Source: Eledone cirrhosa (taxonomy: Eukaryota). From it: a stretch of 32,023 bases of DNA. Both the position numbers and the translations under genes were made by a program. This document shows positions 1 through 11,349 of the stretch, piece by piece (the stretch's first letter is position 1; the number at the start of each line of letters is the position of its first letter). A model generated the notes under the pieces. It did not search any database. It saw only the letters and a program-made list of their open reading frames with translations, and was not told where the DNA came from. Location of the stretch: positions 1 to 32,023 of the forward strand of contig CAXHJY010001440.1 of the NCBI GenBank assembly GCA_964016885.1, written 5' to 3'.

Positions 1-30
1 TATATATGCACATATACTTATATTAAACAA

Positions 31-78
<48 letters not shown>

Positions 79-806
79 ATATATATATATAATATATGTA
101 TATATATACATATTTCTACACACACACACACATACACACACACACAAATATACATACACCCATACATACATACATACATAAAGTTAGAATCTGCATTCAT
201 TAGTATGAAATTGGAAGTCTACCGTTGGTCTGAATAATCAGTGTACGAGTCAACATTACATTTACTATTCTATGTCTCTTTTGCTAACAATCCTAATTCT
301 ATTAGAATTCTCTGCCCCAGGGTAGTCAAATCTTATGATAATCTCCTTGATCCACTTGCTGTGATTGATTAAAATATACTCATATATTATAACGTAAATA
401 TTTTGTCACATACATTCACTCAAATATATATATATATATATATATATACATACACATATATATATATGTATGTATGTATATATTTAGTATATACATATAC
501 TTTTACGTATTCAAACACAAATACATTCACACACACACACACATATATATAAATATATATAAATATATATACATATATATATATATGTGTGTGTGTCGTA
601 TATTTTTCGGTTATAAATGTATATATATGTATACACACGAGAGTCTATATATTTCATATGCAAATGTATCATATATATATTTTATATACATTTCTACAAG
701 TATATATATATATATGTGTGTGTCTGTATATATATATATATTTATATATATTGTATATTTATATATATATAAATATATATATACATACACATATAGATAG
801 ATATTT

Positions 807-901
<95 letters not shown>

Positions 902-962
902 GTATGTATATATATATATCTATATGTGTATATATATATATTTATATATATATAAATATACA

Positions 963-993
<31 letters not shown>

Positions 994-1058
994 ATATTTA
1001 TATATATATATATATATATATATACAGACACACATATACACACACACACACACATACA

Positions 1059-1145
<87 letters not shown>

Positions 1146-1340
1146 TATATATATAACTCATACACGTAGATAGGAATTGTATATATTCTATAAAAATAAT
1201 TTTAAAATATCTTGTCATACATTTGTCAATATATATTCCACTAATAAAATCTTGTTAATTCCAAACTTAAAACACATGAAAATATGTTTCTCTCTTCTTT
1301 AAAAAAAAACGAACAACAGAAAACTGAAAACATCTTAAAT

Positions 1341-1533
1341 GTAATTGTTTCTACTTTAGGCACAAGGCCAGCAATTACCCAGTGCATTACTGGTACTTTA
1401 TTTTATCGACCCCGTAAGGATGAAAGGCAAAGTCAACCGCGGCGGGATTTGAACTCAGATCGTAAAGGGACGTAACTATGCTGAAAGCATGGCGTCCGAC
1501 TCTCTACCGATACTGCCAATCCACCGCCCTTAC
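1341..1533 (-). mobile_element. tRNA-derived SINE (family 1), full length with 19-bp target-site duplication
   Basis: Minus strand: A box TGGCAGTATCGG, B box GAGTTCAAATC, body GCCTTTCATCCTTACGGGGTCGATAAAATAAAGTACCAGT, tail GGCCTTGTGCCTAAAGTAGAAACAATTA. Flanked by AAAACATCTTAAATGTAAT at 1327-1345 and 1534-1552. Confidence 0.92.
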
Positions 1534-1589
1534 AAAACATCTTAAATGTAATACAGCGTGATTTGTTATAGCAAATGTAGTTTGGCAGA

Positions 1590-1766
1590 TGTGGTGATGA
1601 TGGTGATGATGTTGATAATGATGATGATGTTGATGATGCTGATGATGATGGTGATGATGGTGATGATGATGATGATGATGATGGTGACGATGATAATGGC
1701 GATGATGATGATGATGACGACGATGATGATGACGATCGATGATGGTGGCGATGATGATGATGTCGA

Positions 1767-1797
<31 letters not shown>

Positions 1798-1900
1798 GAT
1801 GGTGGCGAGGATGATGACGATGATGATGATGATGATGATGATGATGGTGTTGACGATGATGGCGATGGTGATGGTGTTGGCGATGATAATGAAGATGATA
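1590..1900. repeat. (GAT)n-based imperfect microsatellite
   Basis: Direct reading. A second tract lies at about 2130-2212. Confidence 0.95.
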
Positions 1901-2015
1901 GTAAACAGAAATAACGATGCAAGCGACTCAGTACAAAGAAGAAATATATTAGTTGCACGCTTGATATAGTAGAAAAGAGTTTACACGTTTCGGACACTAG
2001 TCCTTCATCAGAAGA
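1901..2015 (-). mobile_element. PLE pLTR-like 3' fragment (hammerhead + tail)
   Basis: Shares gtaaacagaaataac, atatat(t)tag, gcttgatatag and acgtttcggac with 4607-4720, and aagcgtg.aact.ata...tttgtactg with 28352-28460. Confidence 0.6.
1981..2011 (-). ncRNA. Minimal hammerhead motif of PLE type
   Basis: Minus strand CTGATGA-A-GGAC-tagt-GTCC-GAAA-CGTGTA: intact core and 4-bp stem II. Stem I is only 2 bp. Confidence 0.6.
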
Positions 2016-2274
2016 TAGATTGAGAAATTAAAGATAAAATCGAAAGATAGGGAGCGAGAAGTGGAAGACAGAAAAAAAATTTTTTTTCTCCAAAATGGCT
2101 GATAGAATATACAGCGTTTTTGTGTCGATCGTGATGTTGATGTTAATGATGTTGACGATAATGATGATGATGATGATGATGATAATGATGATGATGATGA
2201 TGATGATGATGATATTTTCGAAGCTGCTTTTTGATGGCTCTGTTTGTCAACTTATATATATATATATATATATA

Positions 2275-2342
<68 letters not shown>

Positions 2343-2353
2343 GTGTGTGTGTG

Positions 2354-2412
<59 letters not shown>

Positions 2413-2428
2413 GTATATATAATATATG

Positions 2429-2551
<123 letters not shown>

Positions 2552-2560
2552 GTGTGTGTT

Positions 2561-2598
<38 letters not shown>

Positions 2599-2919
2599 GA
2601 AAGCAAAGCAAAAAAATAACTCGAAATAACAGAGATAAAACCCTATTTCTAATAATACTACTAGTAATAATAAAAAAAAAAAAATGGCTGGAAATTGAGC
2701 CCTCTTTCACCTCGTTAATTTCCGTGGAAAGCCCACGAATCATATGACGCTGATTGTCTCCGGCAGTAGAATAAGAAGAGAAGGAATATATGTTAATTAG
2801 TCAACGATCATGGATGTGGTCTTTCTAGCAATCTCCTAGCTATCGTTTGCGCTCTTCAATTTCCTTCTATCATCGCTCGGCTGACTACCGCAAACTCGAT
2901 CCCGTATATCTCCTTCTAT

Positions 2920-3360
2920 ATTCTTCTTCTCCTTCTATATTCTTCTTCTTCTTCTCCTTCTATATTCTTCTTCTTCTTCTTCTTCTTCTTCTTCTTCTTC
3001 TTCTTCTTCTTCTTCTTCTTCTTCTTCTTCTTCTTCTTCTTCTTCTTCTTCTTCTTTTCTTTTTCTTCTTCTTCTTTTCTTCTTCTTCATCTTCTTCTTA
3101 CTATTCTTCTTCTTCTTCTTCTTCTTCTTCTTCTTCTTCTTTTTCTTCTTCTTCTTCTTCTTCTTCTTCTTCTTCTTCTTCTTCTTCTTCTTCTTCTTCT
3201 TCTTTTCTTCTTCTTCTTCTTCTTCTTCTTCTTCTTCTTCTTCTTCTTCTTCTTCTTCTTCTTCTTCTTCTTTTTCTTCTTCTTCTTCTTCTTCTTCTTC
3301 CTTCTTCTTCTTCTTCTTCTTCTTCTTCTTCTTCTTCTTCTTCTCCTCCTCCTCCTCCCT
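2920..3360. repeat. (TTC)n microsatellite grading into a polypyrimidine tract (to ~3630)
   Basis: Direct reading. Another pure (TTC)n tract lies at 18742-18827. Confidence 0.97.
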
Positions 3361-3856
3361 CCCCCGCCATCTTCCATTTTCATCCCCACCTCCTCCACTA
3401 ACATCAACTATCTTCACTGCCTGTCTCGCTTTCTTTCCTTCCTTCCATTCTCTCCCCCCTCATATCCTTCCTTCCTTCCCTCTCTCCGTTCTCCCGTTCT
3501 TCCATCCTTCCTTGGTTCGACTCTCCTGTTCCGCCCTCCCAAATTCCAAAGCCTGCTCCGTGTGTATCAACCTTTGACCCACACGCCGCCTCAACTCTCT
3601 ACTCCACCCCACTCCGAACTTCCCCACCCTTTACTCAGCTTTTCAAGCTGTCAATCACGTCTCTTGGATATCAAGACAAAAAAAATGTTATGTTTTTTTT
3701 TTTTATAGAAGACTCCCTTCTCACTCTGTCTCTTTCTCTCTCCCTAATACACACACATACAAATATATACATACATGACAAACACACACACAATCAACCA
3801 CACACACACATATACATATTCATATATCTGTAATCGGCCATATATATATATACATA

Positions 3857-3978
<122 letters not shown>

Positions 3979-4397
3979 ATATATATATATAATATATACA
4001 TATGTGTACATAAATATATATATATATATGTGCATATATATATTCTTCCAGCATACTAAATATACCGTTTGGGAAAACTTCAAACAATCGGAGTTATCCT
4101 AACAAAATCAAGGACGGAAGGCATTTGGACATGTTCAAATCCTGAGACCTACTATAACGTGGTAGGGGTTAGTTGAATAATACAATGGTTGTGTAACTTA
4201 TCATTATACCAACTTTATGAAAGCAGAATACTTGTTTCGATCTGTTTAGACTTCGCCAGGGAAGCATATTTATTTAGTTAGCTTGTCAAGAATGGGCAAT
4301 TTTGTTTTTTATTTCTCTCTCATCTCTCCTGTGGAGTCCATTTGTTCCCAGGTCTGAACATAGCCAATGTCTTCCAAAGATATGTATATATATATCT

Positions 4398-4586
4398 CTA
4401 AGGCGGGTAAAATTCCCGAGATCCATGGACGAGTTCTCTCCAGCGGTCTCTGTCCCTCATTATCGCTGCCATGTCCTGCGTCTCCAACAGACCAGTGTCT
4501 GTCCTTAGGGCATCAACATACGTTAACCTTTGGTCTTCCTCTTCTAGTGTGTCCATGTAGGGGCTCCCAAAGGAGTACCGAGTGCA
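4398..4586 (-). mobile_element. 3' end of RTE-clade (RTE-X-like) LINE ORF, frameshifted
   Basis: Translates as HSVLLWEPLHGHTRRGRPK/(frameshift)/LTYVDALRTDTGLLETQDMAAIMRDRDRWRELV. RRGRP...D...M.DR..WR is the typical RTE C-terminus. Confidence 0.8.
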
Positions 4587-4606
4587 ATATATATGTATGT
4601 ATGTAG

Positions 4607-4725
4607 GTAAACAGAAATAACAACACAATCGGTAGAGTATTTGGAAGGGATATATTTAGTTTAATGCTTGATATAGCAGGAAGAACGTCTTAACGTTTCG
4701 GACGCTTGTTATTCAGCAGAAGAAA
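4607..4725 (-). mobile_element. PLE pLTR-like 3' fragment (degenerate hammerhead + tail)
   Basis: Homologous to 1901-2015. The tail ends in a TA/TATG tract at about 4587-4605. Confidence 0.55.
4688..4719 (-). ncRNA. Degenerate hammerhead motif (probably inactive)
   Basis: Minus strand tctt-CTGCTGA-ataac-aagc-gtcc-GAAA-CGTT-aaga. The core has an A6>C change and stem II is broken, but stem I (tctt/aaga) and palindromic AACGTT remain. The flank is homologous to the 1901-2011 copy. Confidence 0.45.
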
Positions 4726-5041
4726 GAATGAGAAATAAGATAGAGAGAAAGTGAGGGAGAGAAAGAGAGTGAGAGAGAGAAATAGATGATTGAGAAATTG
4801 TGAGAGGAGTGAGAAAGAGATATTGAGAGGAAGAATCGATAATTAATATGAACTGATAATTTATTTATCAACTCAAGACTATGAAAAGCCAAATAGGACA
4901 TGGGCTGATTTGAATTGAAAACGCAGAGAGCTGGAAAAAGTGGTACAAAACCTTCTATCCGACCCCCTAACGACTCTTGACAATGAACCGGTCTACATTT
5001 ACACATGCATATGTATATATATATATATAATCTATCCCTCA

Positions 5042-5119
<78 letters not shown>

Positions 5120-5169
5120 ATATATATATATATATATAAATAAATGCATGTAAGATTTGCATATACATG

Positions 5170-5257
<88 letters not shown>

Positions 5258-5606
5258 TGTGAGAATCACATATACATGTATATATATGCATCTGTATATG
5301 CAAGTGGGATATGCATCTGCATAATAAATTTCTTTGAGTAATTTGTAAACTAAACTAATTAAAACCATGTTTCTATACGCTTAATTAAAATGTGGTCTGT
5401 AGTTAATGCGAGCTACCCTCATTAACAACCTGCTGTATTCTTCATATTTCTTCATACACTCTCACGAATCGTTCGTTTCGCAGTAGAATAACTGTGCTAG
5501 AACCACAATCCTACATCCAATTAAAAATTTGACATAGCTAAGAAACTATATATATATATATATATAAATAAATATACACGGGTGTGTATGATTGTGTATA
5601 GAAGAT

Positions 5607-5746
5607 TATATTAATAAAAGGAATTCCAACTTTGTCTGATTTACTCGTTTTATTTACAATCCTTTAAATGTATAATGTATACATTTTAAAGGATTGTAAA
5701 TAAAACGAGTAAATCAGACAAAGTTGGAATTCCTTTTATTAATATA
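5607..5746. repeat. Near-perfect palindrome, ~68-bp arms, 3-nt loop
   Basis: tatattaataaaaggaattccaactttgtctgatttactcgttttatttacaatcctttaaatgtata-atg-reverse complement, with one 1-nt indel. Confidence 0.95.
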
Positions 5747-5763
5747 TATATATATATATATAT

Positions 5764-5960
5764 ATAGGAACGAATAGGACCCCGAGGGCTGAGCTCAAGC
5801 CGTTTCGACGGCTACTTCTAGGTCCAGAATTAGCCGTCGAAACGGCTTGAGCTCAGCCGTCGGGGTCCTACTCGTTCCTATTACCCACTCTACTACCCTA
5901 AGTATTGAGTACTTTGATGCGTTATGGTCCACCCGGTTCCTTACCACATTTCCTTCGTTA
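5764..5960 (+). mobile_element. Fold-back element in (TA)n, copy 1 (~50-bp-arm hairpin + ~80-nt tail)
   Basis: ataggaacgaataggaccccgagggctgagctcaagccgtttcgacggcta...tagccgtcgaaacggcttgagctcagccgtcggggtcctactcgttcctat, then a tail ending ttccttcgtta-(TA)n. Confidence 0.85.
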
Positions 5961-5979
5961 TATATATATATATAAAACA

Positions 5980-6125
5980 AAGAAAGTGGGGTAAGGAACC
6001 AGGTGGATCATAACGAACCAGAGAACTCGTTACTTACGGTAGTAGAGTGGGTAATAGGAAAATAATTAGGACCCAGACGGCTGAGCTCCGGCCGTTTCGA
6101 CACCTAAATCCGAACTCGATTTGGA
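5980..6125 (-). mobile_element. Fold-back element family, diverged inverted copy
   Basis: ggtaaggaaccaggtggatcataacg...ggtagtagagtgggtaataggaa...ggctgagctc..gccgtttcgac is the reverse complement of 5838-5955. Confidence 0.8.
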
Positions 6126-6396
6126 GCCAATAAAAGGCCAATAATTTCAAAATCTTGACAGAATGCGGTAGAAAAATACCAAGGGCAAATATGTTTTACC
6201 CAGTGATATTTCTGGGTAATAGCATGATATTCTGGGTAGTACCCTCTTTTCAGATGCGAAGCTAAAACATTTCAACATAAAACAAAACGGGCGTGTATGT
6301 TATGAAATAATTGACAATGCAACATAATATGATTTCTCTATATATACACAAATACGAATATATATATATATGTATGTATATATGTATATATATATG

Positions 6397-6487
<91 letters not shown>

Positions 6488-6570
6488 TATATATATATAT
6501 ATAAATTAAATTGATTAAGCATCTTTCACCTATATATATATATATACAGCTCTGACGTTGGGGTTAAACA

Positions 6571-6660
6571 TTTTCCTATTACCCACTCTACTACCCTAAA
6601 TATTGAGTACTCTGGTGCGTTATGGTCCATCTGGTTTCTTACCACATTTCCTTCGTTATA
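6571..6660 (+). mobile_element. Fold-back element family, tail-only copy
   Basis: ttcctattacccactctactaccctaaatattgagtactctggtgcgttatggtccatctggtttcttaccacatttccttcgtta-(TA). Confidence 0.85.
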
Positions 6661-6790
6661 TATATACATATTATATAGTAATAATAATAAATGTGAAGAC
6701 TAAAATCCGAAGAGGGCTCGCAGATCCCGTTAAGGGTGAAAGCAGCGTTTCTTTGCTTAAACTTTAATCTTGCTATTTTAATAAATAAAT

Positions 6791-6856
<66 letters not shown>

Positions 6857-6927
6857 AGAGAAAAGAGTACTTAAAACTGAAGTAGACTTTGAATATTCAT
6901 TTATGATGTACTTTATATTCATTTATT

Positions 6928-7052
6928 AGGTACTTTATTTATCGACCCTGAAATGATGAAAGCAAAGTATTTCGAGGCGAGTGTTGAACTCAGGGTACTC
7001 AGGGTACAAGGTATTCTACCTGAACTTCAAACGAATTTGCCACTTTCGTCGC
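6928..7052 (-). mobile_element. SINE family 1, degenerate
   Basis: ggtactttattttatcgaccctgaaatgatgaaagcaaagt...ttgaactcag matches the 1341-1533 copy. Confidence 0.7.
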
Positions 7053-7086
7053 TTAAATTCAGATGTTAATTCAAATTAAGATGTCA

Positions 7087-7202
7087 CAGGGTGTCTCACA
7101 AATATGTATACACAATTCAACAACATTATAATAAATATTTCTTGTACAGGTAATCAAAGTGTGTATACATTTATTTTTTGTGTGCGTGTGAAGGACACTC
7201 TG
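7087..7202. mobile_element. Tc1/mariner-type MITE remnant
   Basis: Inverted termini CAGGGTGTC...ATGTATACAC and GTGTATACAT...GACACTCTG followed by TA. Confidence 0.6.
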
Positions 7203-7673
7203 TATATAATAAGGAACTACAAAGATTCGATCCTATGATTGAGACATGTAAGACAACTGATCAATCTATTTCGGAATGACAATTAATGATATCAAAATAT
7301 TCACCATCAGGCATTCAGCTAATGATATACAGTTATTAAGAAAGCTGCACACAGACATGATGGCCTTCAACTATGTAATATAACAAGCAAAGAAACATCT
7401 TTATGGCCGATGTGTACATGAAGTAGTTGCACAGAGTTTAATTTACAATTGCAAGCCTGCTACAGTGTCATTCTTACGCTTGTTTGACATGGCCCTTTGC
7501 AAACCCCTTCATTAGTATGGAGAACTGCTCTGAATACATTCATTCAAAATGCTATCATTAAGTACTTCTCTCGTTATTGCCAACATTAATATCATGATAG
7601 TTATTATATGGTTCTCATCTTTTGATATCCTCATTATTAATAGATGTGTGTTTTTAATATTCTCCTATATATA

Positions 7674-7749
<76 letters not shown>

Positions 7750-7803
7750 TCCCTCTTATCTCTCTCTCTCTTCTCTCTCTTTCTCTCTCCCTCTCACACA
7801 CAC

Positions 7804-7873
<70 letters not shown>

Positions 7874-8093
7874 TTCATGTATATGTATAAATATATATGT
7901 ATTTATAAATATGTATATATATATATATATAATATATATATATATTTATATATATATATATATATACATACATATATATATATGTACATACATATATATA
8001 TATACATACATACATATATATATATGTACATATATATATATATATATATATACATACATATATATATGTTTATATATATGGATATATATATAT

Positions 8094-8134
<41 letters not shown>

Positions 8135-8612
8135 TATATATATGGATATATATATAATATATTTGTGTGTGTGTGTGTGTGTGTGTCTGAATATATACGT
8201 GAGTGCGTGTGATTGTAGATTTTTTTATCACTTAGTTCATTTGACTTTTTGCTGTATAGCCGTAATAGTTAGTTATTCCCTGTTTTTTCCTTTTTGTTTT
8301 AATCTCTACTTCATTACTAAAAATCTGACATTTCTAGCTTGGAAACTGTTAATTGTAGGCTGATAGTAAAGCACAAGAGACATCGTTCTGTCTGTGGTTT
8401 CCACATTTATTGCAAGTGAATGTATCCTGTCCGCTTTAGCAGCTCCGCCTTCTCACTAAACCATAACCACATACACAGTCTCGGAATCACCATTGCTATG
8501 TTGTAATTATGTTCATAATATTTTACGGCCCTTTTTAGACATCTGCTTTTCACAGTTGATTCTAGGTTTACTGTGACAGCCATGGGCCAAACGGCGGCAT
8601 TCTTTCTTTCTT

Positions 8613-8667
<55 letters not shown>

Positions 8668-9249
8668 TCTTCTTCTTCTTCTTCTTCTCCTCCTCCTCCT
8701 TCACGTTAGATATATGTTTTTAGATTCATACACTCCACAGAACTTACTGTGTACACATTTAGTGACCGGACAGCAATTTCTATAATAAAAATAAATAAAA
8801 CCACATAAAAAATACAAACAAACAAACAAACAAACAAACAAACAAACAAACAAAAGCCATTTCCAAATAAATAAATCATTTATAACTCGTAATAAATTTT
8901 TTTTATATGCGAACATGAGTTGTTGTAGAGATACAAAATCTGGCTGTTTCAAATTACTGATTTTATTATGCTTATTTCTGTGTTGACCAAATGATCCGTT
9001 TACCATCACATTACATCATATTACTCTAAGCAAAACTACATTGTGGTCAACGGTTAGAGTTTTATATACCCATTATATTTGATACTTTACACTATGGAAA
9101 GACTGCCGTAAAATATTTCTGAATACTGAATAATAACTACGATAACAAAGAATAATTTACAATAACAAGTAATAGATAATATGAAGGAGGTAAGTTGGAA
9201 TTGGTCGTGGCAGTAGATCTAATCTCGCCGAGTTTACACTGGCAAATAA

Positions 9250-9705
9250 GAAGACCCAGGGGCTGCCCCTAGGAACATTGGATTTGCTGTACTTCATATT
9301 TGTTTCGCTTGCTGAACACAATCAGGGGTCGCTGCTTCTCCTGAAGGTCAATAGTTCTCTTCTAACTCGAGCGGGAGCGCCTTTCCATTGTCAATTTGCA
9401 TTGATCATCTGCAAAGCCTCATTGTTCTCAGAAACCACTACACAGTCTTTTGATATGTGCAGCTGGAACTACTGTCACCCATTGATTTGGCAGGATTCTT
9501 TTTTTTCGTAGATGGCCGTTGACTCTTATGAGTTCTCCACCCTTTGTCAGGTTTTGTGTTTTGCCCCACAGGGTGTCCAAAATCACCCTCCTCACCAAGT
9601 AAACTTGGTGGGGTTGCCGGTTTAGTCACCGATGACCCGACCATGCGACAGGTTGTACTGGTTTACATGCTACCACTAGCACTCAAGAGTGACCTGACAC
9701 TAGAG
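9250..9705. mobile_element. Probable LINE 5'-region remnant (RTE-like), uncertain
   Basis: GC-richer island with the hairpin caccaagt-aa-acttggtg. The resemblance to RTE-type 5' UTRs is from memory only, and no ORF motif is seen. Confidence 0.3.
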
Positions 9706-9883
9706 ATTCAGTAGAGAGCTGGATCTGATATGTTAGAAATATATGTTCGTTTCTCTAGTCAAGTGGATCCTCAACATTTCTCAGTATAACCTTTTATTTG
9801 AATGAATTTTTCCACAACAAGTACACCCCCCCCCTAAAGTTCTTCTACTCCAAAATTGTGAATCTTCAAAAATGACGAAACAC

Positions 9884-11002
9884 AAAACGAGGTAAGCCGA
9901 GGTATATCTCTACATAATTATCGTCTCAGAAACGACGTAAGCCGTGGTATATCTCTACATAATTATCGTCTCAGAAACGACGTAAGCCGAGGTATATCTC
10001 TACATAATTATCGTCTCAGAAACGACGTAAGCCGAGGTATATCTCTACATAGGTTATCGCCTCAGAAACGACGTAAGCCGAGGTATATCTCTACATAATT
10101 ATCGTCTCAGAAACGACGTAAGCCGAGGTATATCTCTACATAATTATCGCCTCAGAAACGGCGTAAGCCGAGGTATATCTCTACATAATTATCGTCTCAG
10201 AAACGACGTAAGCCGAGGTATATCTCTACATAATTATCGTCTCAGAAACGACGTAAGCCGAGGTATATCTCTACATAATTATCGTCTCAGAAACGACGTA
10301 AGCCGAGGTATATCTCTACATAATTATCGTCTCAGAAACGACGTAAGCCGTGGTATATCTCTACATAATTATCGTCTCAGAAACGACGTAAGCCGAGGTA
10401 TATCTCTACATAATTATCGCCTCAGAAACGACGTAAGCCGAGGTATACCTGTACATAATTATCGCCTCAGAAACGACGTAAGCCGAGGTATATATCTACA
10501 TAATTATCGCCTCAGAAACGACGTAAGCCGAGGTATATCTCTACATAATTATCGTCTCAGAAACGACGTAAGCCGAGGTATACCTGTACATAATTATCGT
10601 CTCAGAACGACGTAAGCCGAGGTATATCTCTACATAATTATCGTCTCAGAAACGACGTAAGCCGAGGTATATCTCTACATAATTATCGTCTCAGAAACGA
10701 CATAAGCCGAGGTATATCTCTACATAATTATCGTCTCAGAAACGACGTAAGCCGTGGTATATCTCTACATAATTATCGTCTCAGAAACGACGTAAGCCGA
10801 GGTATATCTCTACATAATTATCGCCTCAGAAACGACGTAAGCCGAGGTATATCTCTACATAATTATCGCCTCAAAAACGACGTAAGCCAAGGTATATCTC
10901 TACATAATTATCGCCTCAAAAACGACGTAAGCCAAGGTATATCTCTACATAATTATCGCCTCAAAAACGACGTAAGCCAAGGTATACCTGTACATAATTA
11001 TC
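9884..11002. repeat. Minisatellite, 25 copies of 45-bp unit GAAACGACGTAAGCCGAGGTATATCTCTACATAATTATCGTCTCA
   Basis: GGTAT recurs at 9901, 9946, 9991 ... 10981. There is one +1 indel (~10052) and one -1 indel (~10606). No spacers. Confidence 0.97.
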
Positions 11003-11029
11003 AGTTACGAATGATGAAGCCAAAGATAG

Positions 11030-11115
11030 TCTAAGAAGGATTTAAACTCAGAGTACAGAGAACCGGACTGATTACCACAAAGAATTTTATTTAGCACCAT
11101 AATGATTCTGTCAAG
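11030..11115 (-). mobile_element. SINE family 1 head fragment, degenerate
   Basis: ggatttaaactcag (B-box complement) followed by a diverged head ending gattctgtcaa. Confidence 0.4.
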
Positions 11116-11349
11116 TAATACTATTAAATTATTAAATTATAAAAAAAAATGGAATAAAATGTTTTAAGGGAAATCTTCTGAAATCACCGTTGATTCCGTT
11201 TGGAAAGTTACAAGTTCATTAGTGTGTTTCACAATTATGCTAGCGGCCATTTTATTATCCCTTTTGCTGTAATGTCCTATAATCATCAGTTTCATTGAAA
11301 TATCTTTTGTAACATTGTGGAGTTATTTGGCTCGAGCGCGCCTGTGATG

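Noticed and set aside
1440-1530. tRNA gene
   Set aside because: The A/B boxes belong to SINE heads. There is no cloverleaf and the box spacing is extended.
6695-6790. Possible further hammerhead relic (ccgaagagggctcgcagatcccgttaa) before a TA tract
   Set aside because: Both core segments are mutated (CCGAAGA, no GAAA), so it is too degenerate to call.
9884-11002. CRISPR array or coding repeat (one frame reads NDVSRGISLHNYRLR repeatedly)
   Set aside because: The units are contiguous with no unique spacers, there are no cas genes and the context is eukaryotic. The open frame has no start codon and is broken by +1 and -1 indels.
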